From positions 29,140,001-29,204,000 of the forward strand of contig OZ231126.1 of NCBI GenBank assembly GCA_965153355.1: 64,000 nucleotides of DNA, in the 5' to 3' direction. The stretch is from Flaccisagitta enflata. Taxonomy: Eukaryota. Under the pieces are notes generated by a model. That model did not search any database. It was not told the origin of the DNA and worked only from the letters and a program-made list of their open reading frames with translations. A program made the position numbers and the translations under genes. Position 1 is the first letter of the stretch. The number at the start of each line of letters is the position of its first letter. Below are positions 51,734 to 64,000 of the stretch, piece after piece.

Positions 51734-52327
51734 AAAAGCATCTTCCTGGACATGTCCTGTCTAACATTGCCGTATGTAAAGATAAGCTGTTTCTTGTGAG
51801 TCTGATGGTGTTTTTATTTTTTTTTTCTCACTATGTTAACTTATAAAAATGCATAATAAAAGATTAATGAATCCCAACGGCGGTAAACGTGTAATTCCGT
51901 GTGGGAAATTTCTTCCAGGAAAGTTTATTTAAAGCCTTTCAAGCCAAAAGCTGTTTGGAAACTTGAGCGAGGCTTGAGCCTCATGTATAAAGATTAACCC
52001 TACTTTTACTTGGATATAAAACTCAAACGTTCTCCCTTCAATTTTTTTAAAGATGCGAAAAGGGGAGACAATTCTTTTGCCAAATCATAACTTTTTGGGG
52101 CTGCTGTCCCAAAAAGGAGTGGTAGAGGGAGGCAGTTTTACGTGCGTGGAATTTTTTTGCTTTTTGCTTGGTGGGGAATTACGCGGCGAAGCCTCCTGTC
52201 TCTTTTTATTTTTCTGTCTGTACATTCTTTTTTTTTCTTTTTTCATTCGTTGTATATAGCTAAGCCTCTTCATGTCCGTATATTCTGTAAATTCATGTGT
52301 CTGTTCGTCTCTGTCTGTCTCTCTGTT

Positions 52328-52362
<35 letters not shown>

Positions 52363-52989
52363 TTCTCTCTCCCCCAATGCTATGCCTCCCACGATTTTTG
52401 AGATAGATCACATTTCGCCGTTATAAACTCCCCATGTGGCACTAGAGCGCGTAATTGACCATTTATTTAGAGTGAATCTGACGCTAATTTTCTGCTTTTA
52501 TTTTTTTCCCGTTTGATTCTTGTTCCTCTGCCCAAAATTCTATGTACTTTCGAGCGTTTGCTCTGGCCTCTGCGTTGCGTGAATTTGTGACCGTTTTTGC
52601 ACGCACCTGCAAGCATGAACGGTTATAGAGAAATACATTCACTTTCTTGCACTTTGTTGCAGGGAACTCACTGTCGAAATTTCTTATGGCGTTTTGTTCA
52701 TTTTCTTTTGGTTAAAATGAACGTACTTCAACATCTGTACCTGTAAACCGACTTTTAGCTCTAAAGTTATCTTTCCTTTAAACCCCCCTTCCCTTTTGAA
52801 TCTTGATTTTCACTCTATGTACCTGTTGTACTGGTTAGATTAGTTACGGACACGCGACAGTATGAGTCACTATTTTGGGGGGGATTACCGCTCCGTCGAT
52901 CGGTCTGTCGGTCCATTACAAGGTCTCTTTTGAAGGTCTTTCACTCCAGCCCATCCATCCGCGTCTTTTTTTCTTTCTTCCTTTACTTG

Positions 52990-53056
<67 letters not shown>

Positions 53057-53105
53057 TTTTTTTCCTTCTTTCTTCCTCATCTCTCCTTCTCTTTCTTTCT
53101 TTCGT

Positions 53106-53181
<76 letters not shown>

Positions 53182-53185
53182 TTTT

Positions 53186-53253
<68 letters not shown>

Positions 53254-54122
53254 ACTTTTGGGCAGCGGCCCCGGAGGGGCCGATGACCTATAATTCCACA
53301 TAGGGCAAATTTTCCGGTTTCCGTCCTTCCGTCCGTCTGTCCCCCCCCCTGGCCTAGAAAATAACCTCCTGGGCCTCAAAATAGGCCTTTCAGACCCCCA
53401 ATCAGACCTATCAGATCCCAAATCAAACTTCAGACTCAATCTGGGCCTCTCAGGACCTCAATCAGGCCTATCAGATACCAAATCAGGCGCTGGACACTCA
53501 ATTTAGGCCTCTCAGGCACTCAATCAGAGCCTGTCAGACCCACAATCAGGCTTTCCAGAAAACTCAAATTAAAGCATCCTGAATCTAGCAGGCCTCTAAG
53601 AACTGATAGGCCTTTCAGATCTTAAATCAGTATTGGCAGACCCCTGTAGGCCTTTGAGCCTCTGATCAGGCCATCTAGACCTCAAATCAGGCCTCTCAGA
53701 CCCTAATTCAGGCATTTCAGTACTTAATCCAGTTCTCTCAGGTCCAAATCTGGCCTTTCAAACCCAAAATCAGATCTTCGAGACCTCAAACTAGGCCTAT
53801 CAGACCCACATCAGCCCTTCGACCCCAAATTAGACCCAAGATCAGGCCTCTAAGCTCCAAAACAAGCTTCTGAAATCTCTCAGACCTCAAATCAGGCATC
53901 TTAGACCTTAAATCAGGCAACTAAGACCTCAAATCAGGCTATTTAGACACAGAATTAGGTATTAAAGGCCCTGCAATTGTCCAGCGTGGAATCATAGGTC
54001 ATCGGCCCCTTCGGGGCCGCTGCCCCACTCATCTAATAGCAAAAAAAACTAACATAGGGGCATCGGGTATCGCTGACCATGTAACGCTTTTGCGACTATT
54101 TTTCTTACTATCTTTCTTTCTC

Positions 54123-54188
<66 letters not shown>

Positions 54189-54822
54189 TTTCTCTCTTTC
54201 TTTCTTTCTTCTTTTTTCTTTTTTTCTATCTATGACACGCTCGGCGCGATCGTGGGATATTTTCGCCAGTTATATTTTAGCACTACTTATGGGATTTTCC
54301 TTTATAGTATTGCCTTGCTCTGCTGATAATGTGCAGCAATCACATCGATGTACTCTTCCAGTCCCCATTTGTGGAAGAGATTCATTTTATGAACAACGTA
54401 CTGGGAAAAAGAAAGGGAATAGGAAATCGATTTACTGAAAAATGAGTGATAAAAATTGTCTTTAAGTTCCGCGAAAAATTCTTAATCTGCTTCCAGATGA
54501 AACATTTTGCATTTCCAAGAACATGGCTCTTTTCTTTTTTGTTTTTGGACGAGAGCCATGTTTTTTGTTTTTTGAATTAGTCATTTTCTATGCAAATTAA
54601 GAATTTTTTGCGAGGCTTGTCCAGTGATAAAAAGATTTTTCTTAAGAAAAAGTGGTATTTTTACCTACATATCGATACTATTTACACTACCAGTAATGGC
54701 GGCTGTCGTCGTGAGGAAAAAAGTCGTAAGCATTGGTCACTTTTCACCTTCTTCAATCACTGAAATTTTGTTAGATCAAATCAATAGCAATTATATGTAT
54801 TGACTGCACTGAAAAATAGGAC

Positions 54823-54954
54823 TAGGGATGTGGAAGCGGTCGATTCTAGTACCGCTTCCACCGCTTCCGCTTCCCCTTCACGTGGTTTGTGGCTAAATAC
54901 TAGTAGCTATCCCACCCTCCAAAATGGAAGCGGTCAATCGCTTCCACATCCCTA
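54823..54954. mobile_element. hAT MITE (132 bp) with 8-bp TSD AATAGGAC
   Basis: TIRs TAGGGATGTGGAAGCG / CGCTTCCACATCCCTA; TSD at 54815-54822 and 54955-54962. Confidence 0.92.
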
Positions 54955-56014
54955 AATAGGACTGAGCCAAATGAGCTAGATGAGCTAAAATAATCAAAAT
55001 GATTCAACCAGACAACCAGCTTTGCTTACTGACATGCTCTTTTGTATTTGCATGCTAAAATCAAAATATCGATTTATATATCCTGTTTAAAATCAGAGAA
55101 AAAGCGCAAGCTAAATGAGCTAAATGAGCTAGGCCGAATGGCAACTTCCCTCACAGATGAGCAGCTCTGCTCACTGCCATGTTTTTTTAGTTTGTATTAA
55201 AGTTAACAAGTTTAGAAAATAATAATCATTCAGTTATCATATTAAAAATCATAAAGAACAGACTGAGCTAAATGAGCTAAATGAGCTGAAATGCTCAAAA
55301 ATACCCTCACAGATAAGCAGCTGTGCTCATACATATATTTTCTTGTATTTGCATGCTCAGTAACATAAATACCTCCTTTATTGATCAAACACAAAATATT
55401 AAAATCAAAAAAATTCCATTCGAATTTTTGTAATAAATAAATCTTTTAAAAAATCATAGTATAAAAAGTATTTGTCATAGAGCATTCTGCTTGGCGCCAG
55501 AAAAAGAGAATTATCAAATTTACTTACCCTATCAATTTCATTGAAGGCCTCAATCGCCCCTAGGAGATTCCCAACTTCCTAATAAGAAAATGAAAACCCT
55601 GTTTCTCTCGAATATGTCAAAAAGTCGAAGACTGACTTCGACTTTTTTCCCGATAAACGTCATCCCTATGATATTTCCATACAAATTCTCAACCAAACTA
55701 CACATCCACATGTTCTGGGTACCTTAATGAAGGCGTCTGATCGATTTATCCACATAGTAAAAACTGGCTGTGGCAGTGAAAATCTCATATTCAAAAAAAC
55801 CGTGTCCTATCTTCCTTTCTTTCTTTTGTACATTCTTTCCTTCAATCTTTCTTTTTTTCCTTCTCTCTCTCTCCTTCTTTTCATCCCCATATTCTTCTTC
55901 TTTTTTTTTCTCCAAAGGCAAGGTTTATCGCGTAAAGGAGGAAATTGAGCCTCTCGATATCCAAGCATTACCATAATATGCAAAAAAGTTGAAAGCTGGC
56001 GAGAGCGAGACCGG

Positions 56015-56100
<86 letters not shown>

Positions 56101-56353
56101 AAGAAACAGCGAGACCGGTAGTGAGTGAGCGATAGAACCCGCGTTTTTACACTGAAAGACCGGAGGAAAAAAAAGAAGCCTAGAATGCTAATTTTTGCCG
56201 AGAGTTTCAACAGCTTCTGTCCAATTGTCTGTCTGACCGTTCTGATAACTGCTCTGCTGACTTTAAATCTTTCTGTCAAACTATCTGTCTGCCTTTTTGC
56301 TTGACAAATATTTCTGCAAGTCTAGTCTGTCTGTTTTACTACCCGTCTGTCTG

Positions 56354-56463
<110 letters not shown>

Positions 56464-59030
56464 CTGCTTTTCCTCTGTCTCGTAAATTCCTTGCGTGAAC
56501 TTATGTTTGATAAAGAAAATGCTAATTGAGGAGAGAAAAAAAAAACGTAACACGTGTCAAAAGTTTTTTTTCCTTCATGCGGTTGAGAGAGGTGTAACAG
56601 GTCTCACAAAATTAGGCGGAAAGAGATGAAAACTCGTTGAACAGAGCGTTAAAGATGGAGATATAATCAATCCAAGCGATGTATATCATTAATTTGTGTT
56701 CATTTCATTAACATAGTGCAAAGAATGCCCAAAAAAAATAAACGGCTATCCCCTGATGAACGTAGATATACTGCTCAGTGAAAGGTAACCGAATTTGGGA
56801 TTGACACGCTCTTCTTATTGTTGATACTCAACTTCACCTTCAATTCATCAGCTATTGTCAACTAACGCGGCTTTCTTTCTGCGTGACTGATGCTTCTGCA
56901 TCCATCAACTGCATTACCAGAAAAAAATGACGGTTTTTTTTTATTCAATCCTCTTAAAATGACAAACGGAAAACATCTTCCACTTCTCTACTTTTTTTGT
57001 CGTAAAAATCAGCAATTATCGGGCACCTCACTTTCAGTAAAAAACCCTTCATCTCGCCCTACACGCAGGAAAGTCGCCAATATTACTTTGCTACGTCAAA
57101 ATAACAGGTCTTAGCTATCTCCATGTCAAATTTCATCATGCTGAGGGCATTTTTGCTACCTATATTGATCATTTTACTTTTCCGCCTAATTATGTGAGAC
57201 CTGTTTAGAGCTCGTGTTGTCCCGTTCATACTCATTCCTATTTGTATGAATTTCAACGGGGAACTAATGAATGTCAGGCGCAGAGTTACTCTCATTCAAG
57301 ATTTCCTTTTTAAACTTACTAGTAATGAATACGGCCGTGATCATATCTTTATTTTTAAGTCATTTCAAAAGATTTTTTTTTGGTTGAAAGACTGAAGTGA
57401 AAACGTCTCAACTCTAGGAGGATTCCCTACATTGAATGACGCATGAAATACATGAATTGGAGAAGAAAACGATGACGGAGATTGTAAAGAAAAAAAGGAA
57501 AAAAAAAAGCGTGCGCAGAAATATGCATACGTCAAAACATTTCTACAGATGAGGTTCGCCGAAGTGGGAAGCTGGCAGGTTTTTTTTTAGAAAATGTGAT
57601 TCCTAGACAAATCCTTCCTGTCTGTAAAGATACATTGAACAAGGCCGGATACACCTACCCTAGTCGCTTGCGGGTGGGCAGGAGCAGTGCTGGAGAAGGT
57701 CACTAGGGCATCTGGGCAGGAGCCGTATGCCCAAAAAGCTCAAAAACGGCAAAAAAAAAAAAATGAAAAAGGGACCGACCTACCGACCAACCGAAGGACC
57801 GACGGACCGACATAGCAGGGTGTAGAGTCGCGTAGCACGCGACTAAAAAGTATGACCATTTGATTCCTCACCTGTTCCTTCAAAGGCTGTTTTTTTTTTC
57901 TGGTTCATTGGATGTTGTTAAAGACAGTTATAAACCGTGCTTGTTTGAATAATTTTCATTTGTTTTATCATACACATTTCTCATGGACACATTCATGAGG
58001 TTTGAAAGCCCTGATTATATTTCTCAGAAAGGTAAGAATTTTGTTGGATAAAAAATGAGAATTTAGAATTATGAATTTGTAAAATCATTTAGAATGCGTT
58101 GAAAGTGCTACAACATCAATATGCCAGATGAAATTCATTGACTTTTCATATATTTAACTAGAAAATGGTATATTCATAAGTCAATAGTTTGCTAACCAGT
58201 TGATTTTGAGCAAAAAAATTGTTTGTCGATCCTTATGCAATCAAACTCACCTTGTTCATTGACTATCCTTTGAGATCATTGCAATGGTTGAAATACTTTC
58301 ATCACTGTGTTTCTTTTTATGAAAATCATGATAAAATTGAATACAATTTGCAAAAAAGTATCGGACTAGAAAGCTAGCGCAGGAATTGAATGGACTTATC
58401 TACAGACGCTGAACTGAAATGCATTTAAAAAAAAATACAAAAGAATTGTGGCAGTAACAGATGGTTCTCTGAATCTTTTATCTAGCCATGAGCAACTTCC
58501 ATTTTTCTCATGTCACTAAATAACACCGCGTGAAACCAGGAATTTATGATTGTAAAGCATAGAAAAACTTTTTTTTTCAATTTTCTTTTTTTTTTTGGCA
58601 CAATGGCACCTGGTCTGATTCAACGAATGCAAATGGAAATCTGTCGCCCTCCCGTACTTCTCAATCACATCTCATCAGTCCTTCCTTCCAACCTTTCTTC
58701 ACTCCTCGATCAGAAGATGGAACTTCCTAAGCACTATCCCCGTTCTGTTACCCACTGTTTACTGTTTACTGTTTACTGTACACTCCTAGGTTTCCATCCT
58801 CAAACTCAACCCGAGGTAGTCGTAGTCTGGGGGCTGAGGCCAGGGTTTTTACATAGAAAAAGCCTTTATCCGCAGTTTTATCCGCAGTTTTAAGTGCTCC
58901 ATAATGATATCCGCAGGTTTATCCGCAGGTTTATTCTAGGTCTAACTGCTGATTTACCCGCATTATTCATCAAGATACAAGGGTGTCAGGAAGAGGTGGT
59001 GGCGCAGGCGCTAGCGCTGGAGAAAAAAAA

Positions 59031-59121
59031 TGAAGAAGAAGAAGAAGAAGAAGAAGAAGAAGAAGAAGAAGAAGAAGAAGAAGAAGAAGAAGAAGAAGAA
59101 GAAGAAGAAGAAGAAGAAGAA

Positions 59122-59165
<44 letters not shown>

Positions 59166-59181
59166 AGAAGAAGAAGAAGAA

Positions 59182-59228
<47 letters not shown>

Positions 59229-59346
59229 AGAAGAAGAAGAAGACGAAGAAGAAGAAGAAGAAGAAGAAGAAGAAGAAGAAGAAGAAGAAGAAGAAGATGA
59301 AGAAGAGGAGGAAGAAGAAGAAGAAGAAGAAGCAGACAAAGAAGAA

Positions 59347-59390
<44 letters not shown>

Positions 59391-59420
59391 AGACGACGAC
59401 GACGACGAAGACGAAGACGA
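59031..59420. repeat. Compound (GAA)n/(GAC)n microsatellite
   Basis: Direct reading. Confidence 0.95.
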
Positions 59421-60066
59421 GGGCAAGGAGCAGACGAAAGAAGGGTGAACAAGACATAAAGATGGCGAGACAGGCGGCGCTGGCGATGAAGAGCAGGAGG
59501 TGACATGGCGGCGATGTCGATGGCGCGCCAGCGCAATGAAGCAGAATAAGCGGAGGCGATGGCGATGGCAGTAGCAATGGGTGTTTACACTTCCGTCGCC
59601 TTCGCCTTCCGCCTTCATAAATCGCCATCGCCATTACCATCTTCATCTCCAATGTTGTCATCATGGCCAAACATCGTTTTCAAATTTAACCGCCGATAAG
59701 CAACGACGGCGGCGTGGCCTGGCCGAAAACGACAACGACAGTGACGACGACGACGGCAGCGGCGGCGGCGGCGGCGGCGACACATCGGCAACGACAACGA
59801 CAACGACAACGGCAACGAAATCAGCACGGCGATAGTGACGACGACGGCAGTAGCAAGCAACGACGACGGAAAAAAAGAAAATGAAAAAAGAGAACAAAGA
59901 AAACAGGGAGAAAAACATAAAAAGCTAAAAAAACAACAAAAACTTCATTGTTATTGCCTTCATTGTCGCCGTCACCAGCGCCAGCGCCATTGCCATCATC
60001 ATCTTCATGGGAAAAACTGCGGATAGACCCTTATAGCCCTCAGACTACTCAAGGGTGCTCAACCCA

Positions 60067-60176
<110 letters not shown>

Positions 60177-61094
60177 ACACCCTTTTGGTTCTACAATGAA
60201 ACCCTGCTTTAACGGATCCGGAAGCAGCGGAAATCCGCCATTTTCTATCATTTCTTGAAAAAATGACAACAAAAGAAACCCGCTTGTAACAGAAAGATGG
60301 TCCCTAGTCAAGGGCCACGATATTCGTGTTTGCGTTCTTTACTCGCCCTTTGATGATTAATCACAACTCCGCGATTCTGCCCCTTGCCCCGCCATCAAAT
60401 TAATCCACCTCAGTGGTTATTCCCGGAACGCTCAACCTGTGTTTTCTTCTCACAAACATAATAAAGTGACCATATGATAATTAGTTAATCACACCTCAAC
60501 GATCCTACCCCTCGCCCCTCCATCAGTTGCTCCTCTCAACCCTCAACCAACGCGTTTTCCCCCACAAACAAACAAAGAAAGAAAGAGTGACCATTTGACA
60601 TTTGAAATGTTGATTTTCGTGGAAGTGCGAGTTGCTCATCCTGATCATCCTGATTCTCTGTGCGCGCTTTTTTCAATCATGTTTACTTTTTAGTCTTGTG
60701 CTACGCGACTCTACACCCCGCTATGTCGGTCCCCCGGTTCGTCGGTCGGTCGGTCGGTTGGTCCCTTTTTTACTTTTTTGGCGTTTTTGAGCTTTTTGAG
60801 CATACGCCTCTTGCCCAGATGCCCTAGTGACCTTCTCCAGCACTGCTCCTGCCCACCCGCACGCGACCAGGATAGCCGTACATCCGGCCTTGTTCATTCT
60901 CATTCGGTCTTTGGCTTTGTCAGTCTGTATATTTGTTAAGCAGTTCGTACGTCCATGTCTCCTGCTCACTCTTGCTAAATTTTGGTCTTTTGCATCTTTT
61001 GTGTTATTCAATCGCTTTGAATTCGACTATGCATATTTGTTTGTGTGGTTTTCCGTCCCTGTCTCACTGTCTCTTCCTCTCATTTATTCAAAAT

Positions 61095-61261
<167 letters not shown>

Positions 61262-63364
61262 ACCAACCGTGAGAAAGACGGACCGACCAACACATGTAGC
61301 GGATTATAGAGGAAGAGATGCAAGCATAGACGACAATTATCATCTAACACGGTACAACGTGATGTATATGTCGACAGCATGGATGGGAAAAACATAATGA
61401 TCAATTATCATTTGACACGGCACAACGTGGTGTATTAACGACGGCATTGGACATGGCACACCATGAGGTATTTGTCGACAGTATTGGATTGGAATGTACA
61501 CCGCTTTTAGATCGGACTGTCGCCAAAAGAACCTTCAATACTATTCATAGTAGTTAGTTTTTTCATTTTTCCCCTGATAGACAATTTGATTAAGTTTTGC
61601 TACAAGCAAAGAATTTCCCACTGATTCACATTAAAAGATTTTTTCCAACAACTTTTTGCTTACTATGTAGTTGTCATTTCTTAATGAATTGAGCTAAGAT
61701 GCTGGGATTGATCTTGAATTTGAGAAAATTTAATGTCCTTTATGATCTAAGCTAAGAATGGTCTCACTAATTGTGTTTTTGAGCGATTTTGAGACAATTT
61801 TCCAAAAATTTCCCAAATTTTAAGGTTTTGCATTGTTTTGGCTTCAAAATCAGTCATAACTGCTTCAAACAATTCACATCTCATCGCGTTTCCATCAAAA
61901 CTAAATTAATTTCTCAGCAACACTGCAGGACCAGTCTTGTTGAAATGGAAAAGCACCATAGCTATTCTAATCCTTTTTTCCCGACGAAATTAGTCAATTC
62001 TCGCTGAAATTGACTAATTTCGTCATGAAAGGTTAATCCATTAACGCTAAGGCTTTTTCTCATTTGGTAAAAAAATTCAATCAAATTATCAACCTCAGAG
62101 AAAAAGAATCCAGTGGTTGTCTTAAGTTTCTTTTGAGTAACATACACTGCGAACCATAAAAAAGGAAACAGCTGTTCTTTAAGATATTTCTTATGAAAAA
62201 AAACCTTTATTTTCTTGGTGAGAAATGTAAAGAGTGTTATCAAATGAAGCTAATGTCACAAATCCCACGAGTTTTCATTGATTATTATAGGTTTTACAGT
62301 AAAAAGAAAATATGGTATCAGAATCTGTGTATGAACTGTGACTTCATCAAAAAAATATAAAAAAGAGACCTTTATAACTTGATTTTTATCATTTGCAGTA
62401 CAGGAAATCAATTAAAATCATAGATCATTTGAAAGATATTTAAAAGAGCTTTCATTTGCCGCCAATCTCACATTTTTATCTCAATTTGTTCAGACACAGT
62501 GAAGGAAAGATTGAAGAGTATCGATTTTCAAGTTTGAAAGGTGCATTACCAAAATGTACCCATTTAACTCCAAACAAATGTCATTTCCAAACGAGTAAAG
62601 CTAGGAGGATGGGATTGGTCTAGAATAAAAGATCTTTTGAAAATCTTTCATAGGTCACTGATTTTGTCTACTTTCTTCTACTCAAACATGGATAGTATAT
62701 GAAAAGAAAATGATCCTTCATTCTTGAAATTTGTGTGATGAAAAAATTTTTCTTTTGTCATTTATAAAAGGTTTAAATCAAGTGAAATCCTGTCAAAATC
62801 CATGACATTGAAAAAGCCCTGCAAAAAATCTGTCCTTTGAGCTGTTTCTGGAGTTACCAGTAGGGATGAAACTTATGCAGGGATTCTTGAACCGGTCTGT
62901 ACAGGCTGTCTAAGTGAACTAATCTAGAGGTTTAAACCCAGAAACCCCATCAAAATAGTCGGGAACCTACCTAGCGGGACCCTTGCCCCTGCCCTTGGAT
63001 TTAGCCTTTTCGCCAAGGAGGAAGAGGAAAACCCCATGTTAAACCAATGGGAGGCGGATTGACCATTTGTTTCAACGTCATTTTGTTATATACCAACTAT
63101 TTTCTTTGTACAATGTGTTAATAACATTGTCATGAAACCTATTTAGCTTCCTTATCTGCTGAAACATTTCCTTTTTTGTTGAGGACATGCAACTCTATAT
63201 AAGGGGCTCTGTCTGTCCATCTGTTGGTCCATCTGTTAGCTGATCACGTTTTGAGTTGAAAATGCAATAAATACGCAGTTATTATTGAGTGCAGTGTGTG
63301 TTGGTGTGTGTGTGGTTTTATGTGTAGGTGTGTGTGGAAGGGGATAAGGTTGTTGTCCCCAGGG

Positions 63365-63431
<67 letters not shown>

Positions 63432-64000
63432 GATTTATTTGTTGTTGTTGTTGATGTTGTTGTCACATGCATCATAGCTAGATTTGGAGCTGTCAGAATA
63501 CAGTGTGATTGAGTCAGGGGGGGGGGCTGGGGGTTGGATACCCCTGCTTGCCCTACCATGATATTGTGACCAGGCATGTAGAGGTGTAGATTATGGAGTA
63601 GCGGGTGGCGCCAAAACTTGGCCTTTTGGGCAGTAGAAAAGAAAAGAAGAAGAAGCAGAAGAAGAAGAAGCAGAAGAAGAAGAAGAAGAAGAAGAAGAAG
63701 AAGAAGAAGAAGCAAAAAGAAGAAGAAGAAGAAGAAAAAGAAAAAGAAAAAGAAAAAGAAAAAGAAAAAGAAAAAGAAAAAGAAAAAGAAGAAGAAGAAG
63801 AAGAAGAAAAAGGAGAAGAAGTGAGAAAAGAAAAGAGAGAAGAAAGTAAGGAAGGTATGAGGGAAGAATGAAAGAAGAATGGTACGAAAGATGTAAGGAG
63901 GGATAGAGGGAAGGATGGAAGGATGAATGGATGGAAGGAAGGAAGGATGAAAGAATGGATGGAAGTGAGAATGGAAGGAAGGATGGAAGGAAGGGGGAAA

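Noticed and set aside
58894-59448. Poly-E/D ORF as the acidic CFAP251 N-terminus or another exon
   Set aside because: Opposite strand to CFAP251, made of nearly pure GAA/GAC repeats, with no convincing acceptor.

Overview
Repeat-saturated eukaryotic (animal-like) genomic DNA, rich in microsatellites, with no prokaryotic features. Host gene pieces: (1) six internal, phase-consistent minus-strand exons of CFAP251/WDR66 over 25.2-48.6 kb; (2) the last exon of a protein-tyrosine-phosphatase-domain gene (+, 2-304); (3) two or three exons of a DPP4-family (S9B) gene (-, 2.9-4.1 kb); (4) two exons of an acidic, possibly LRR-containing gene (+, 10.4-11.9 kb). None of these genes is complete in the window. 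Mobile DNA: an apparently intact CR1-group LINE nested in a Tigger/pogo transposon whose transposase has a GC-AG intron; a ~10.5 kb frameshift-ridden Bel/Pao LTR-type retroelement with a very long polyQ-rich gag N-terminus and an extra ~2 kb coding-like region after integrase; a hAT-type transposase fragment; hAT and Tc1/pogo MITEs; foldbacks; and many DINE-1/HINE-like short elements. Most notable: a ~140-bp tandem array of tRNA-like Pol III cassettes, each with its own T-run terminator and hairpin, abutting the Bel/Pao 3' end; a hAT element whose 8-bp TSD is a CFAP251 splice acceptor and whose terminus supplies a replacement branch point; and an 83-bp tandem amplification of another CFAP251 acceptor. 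Family and gene calls rest on motifs I recognise from memory; no searches were run. Several segments look like uncorrected long-read sequence.
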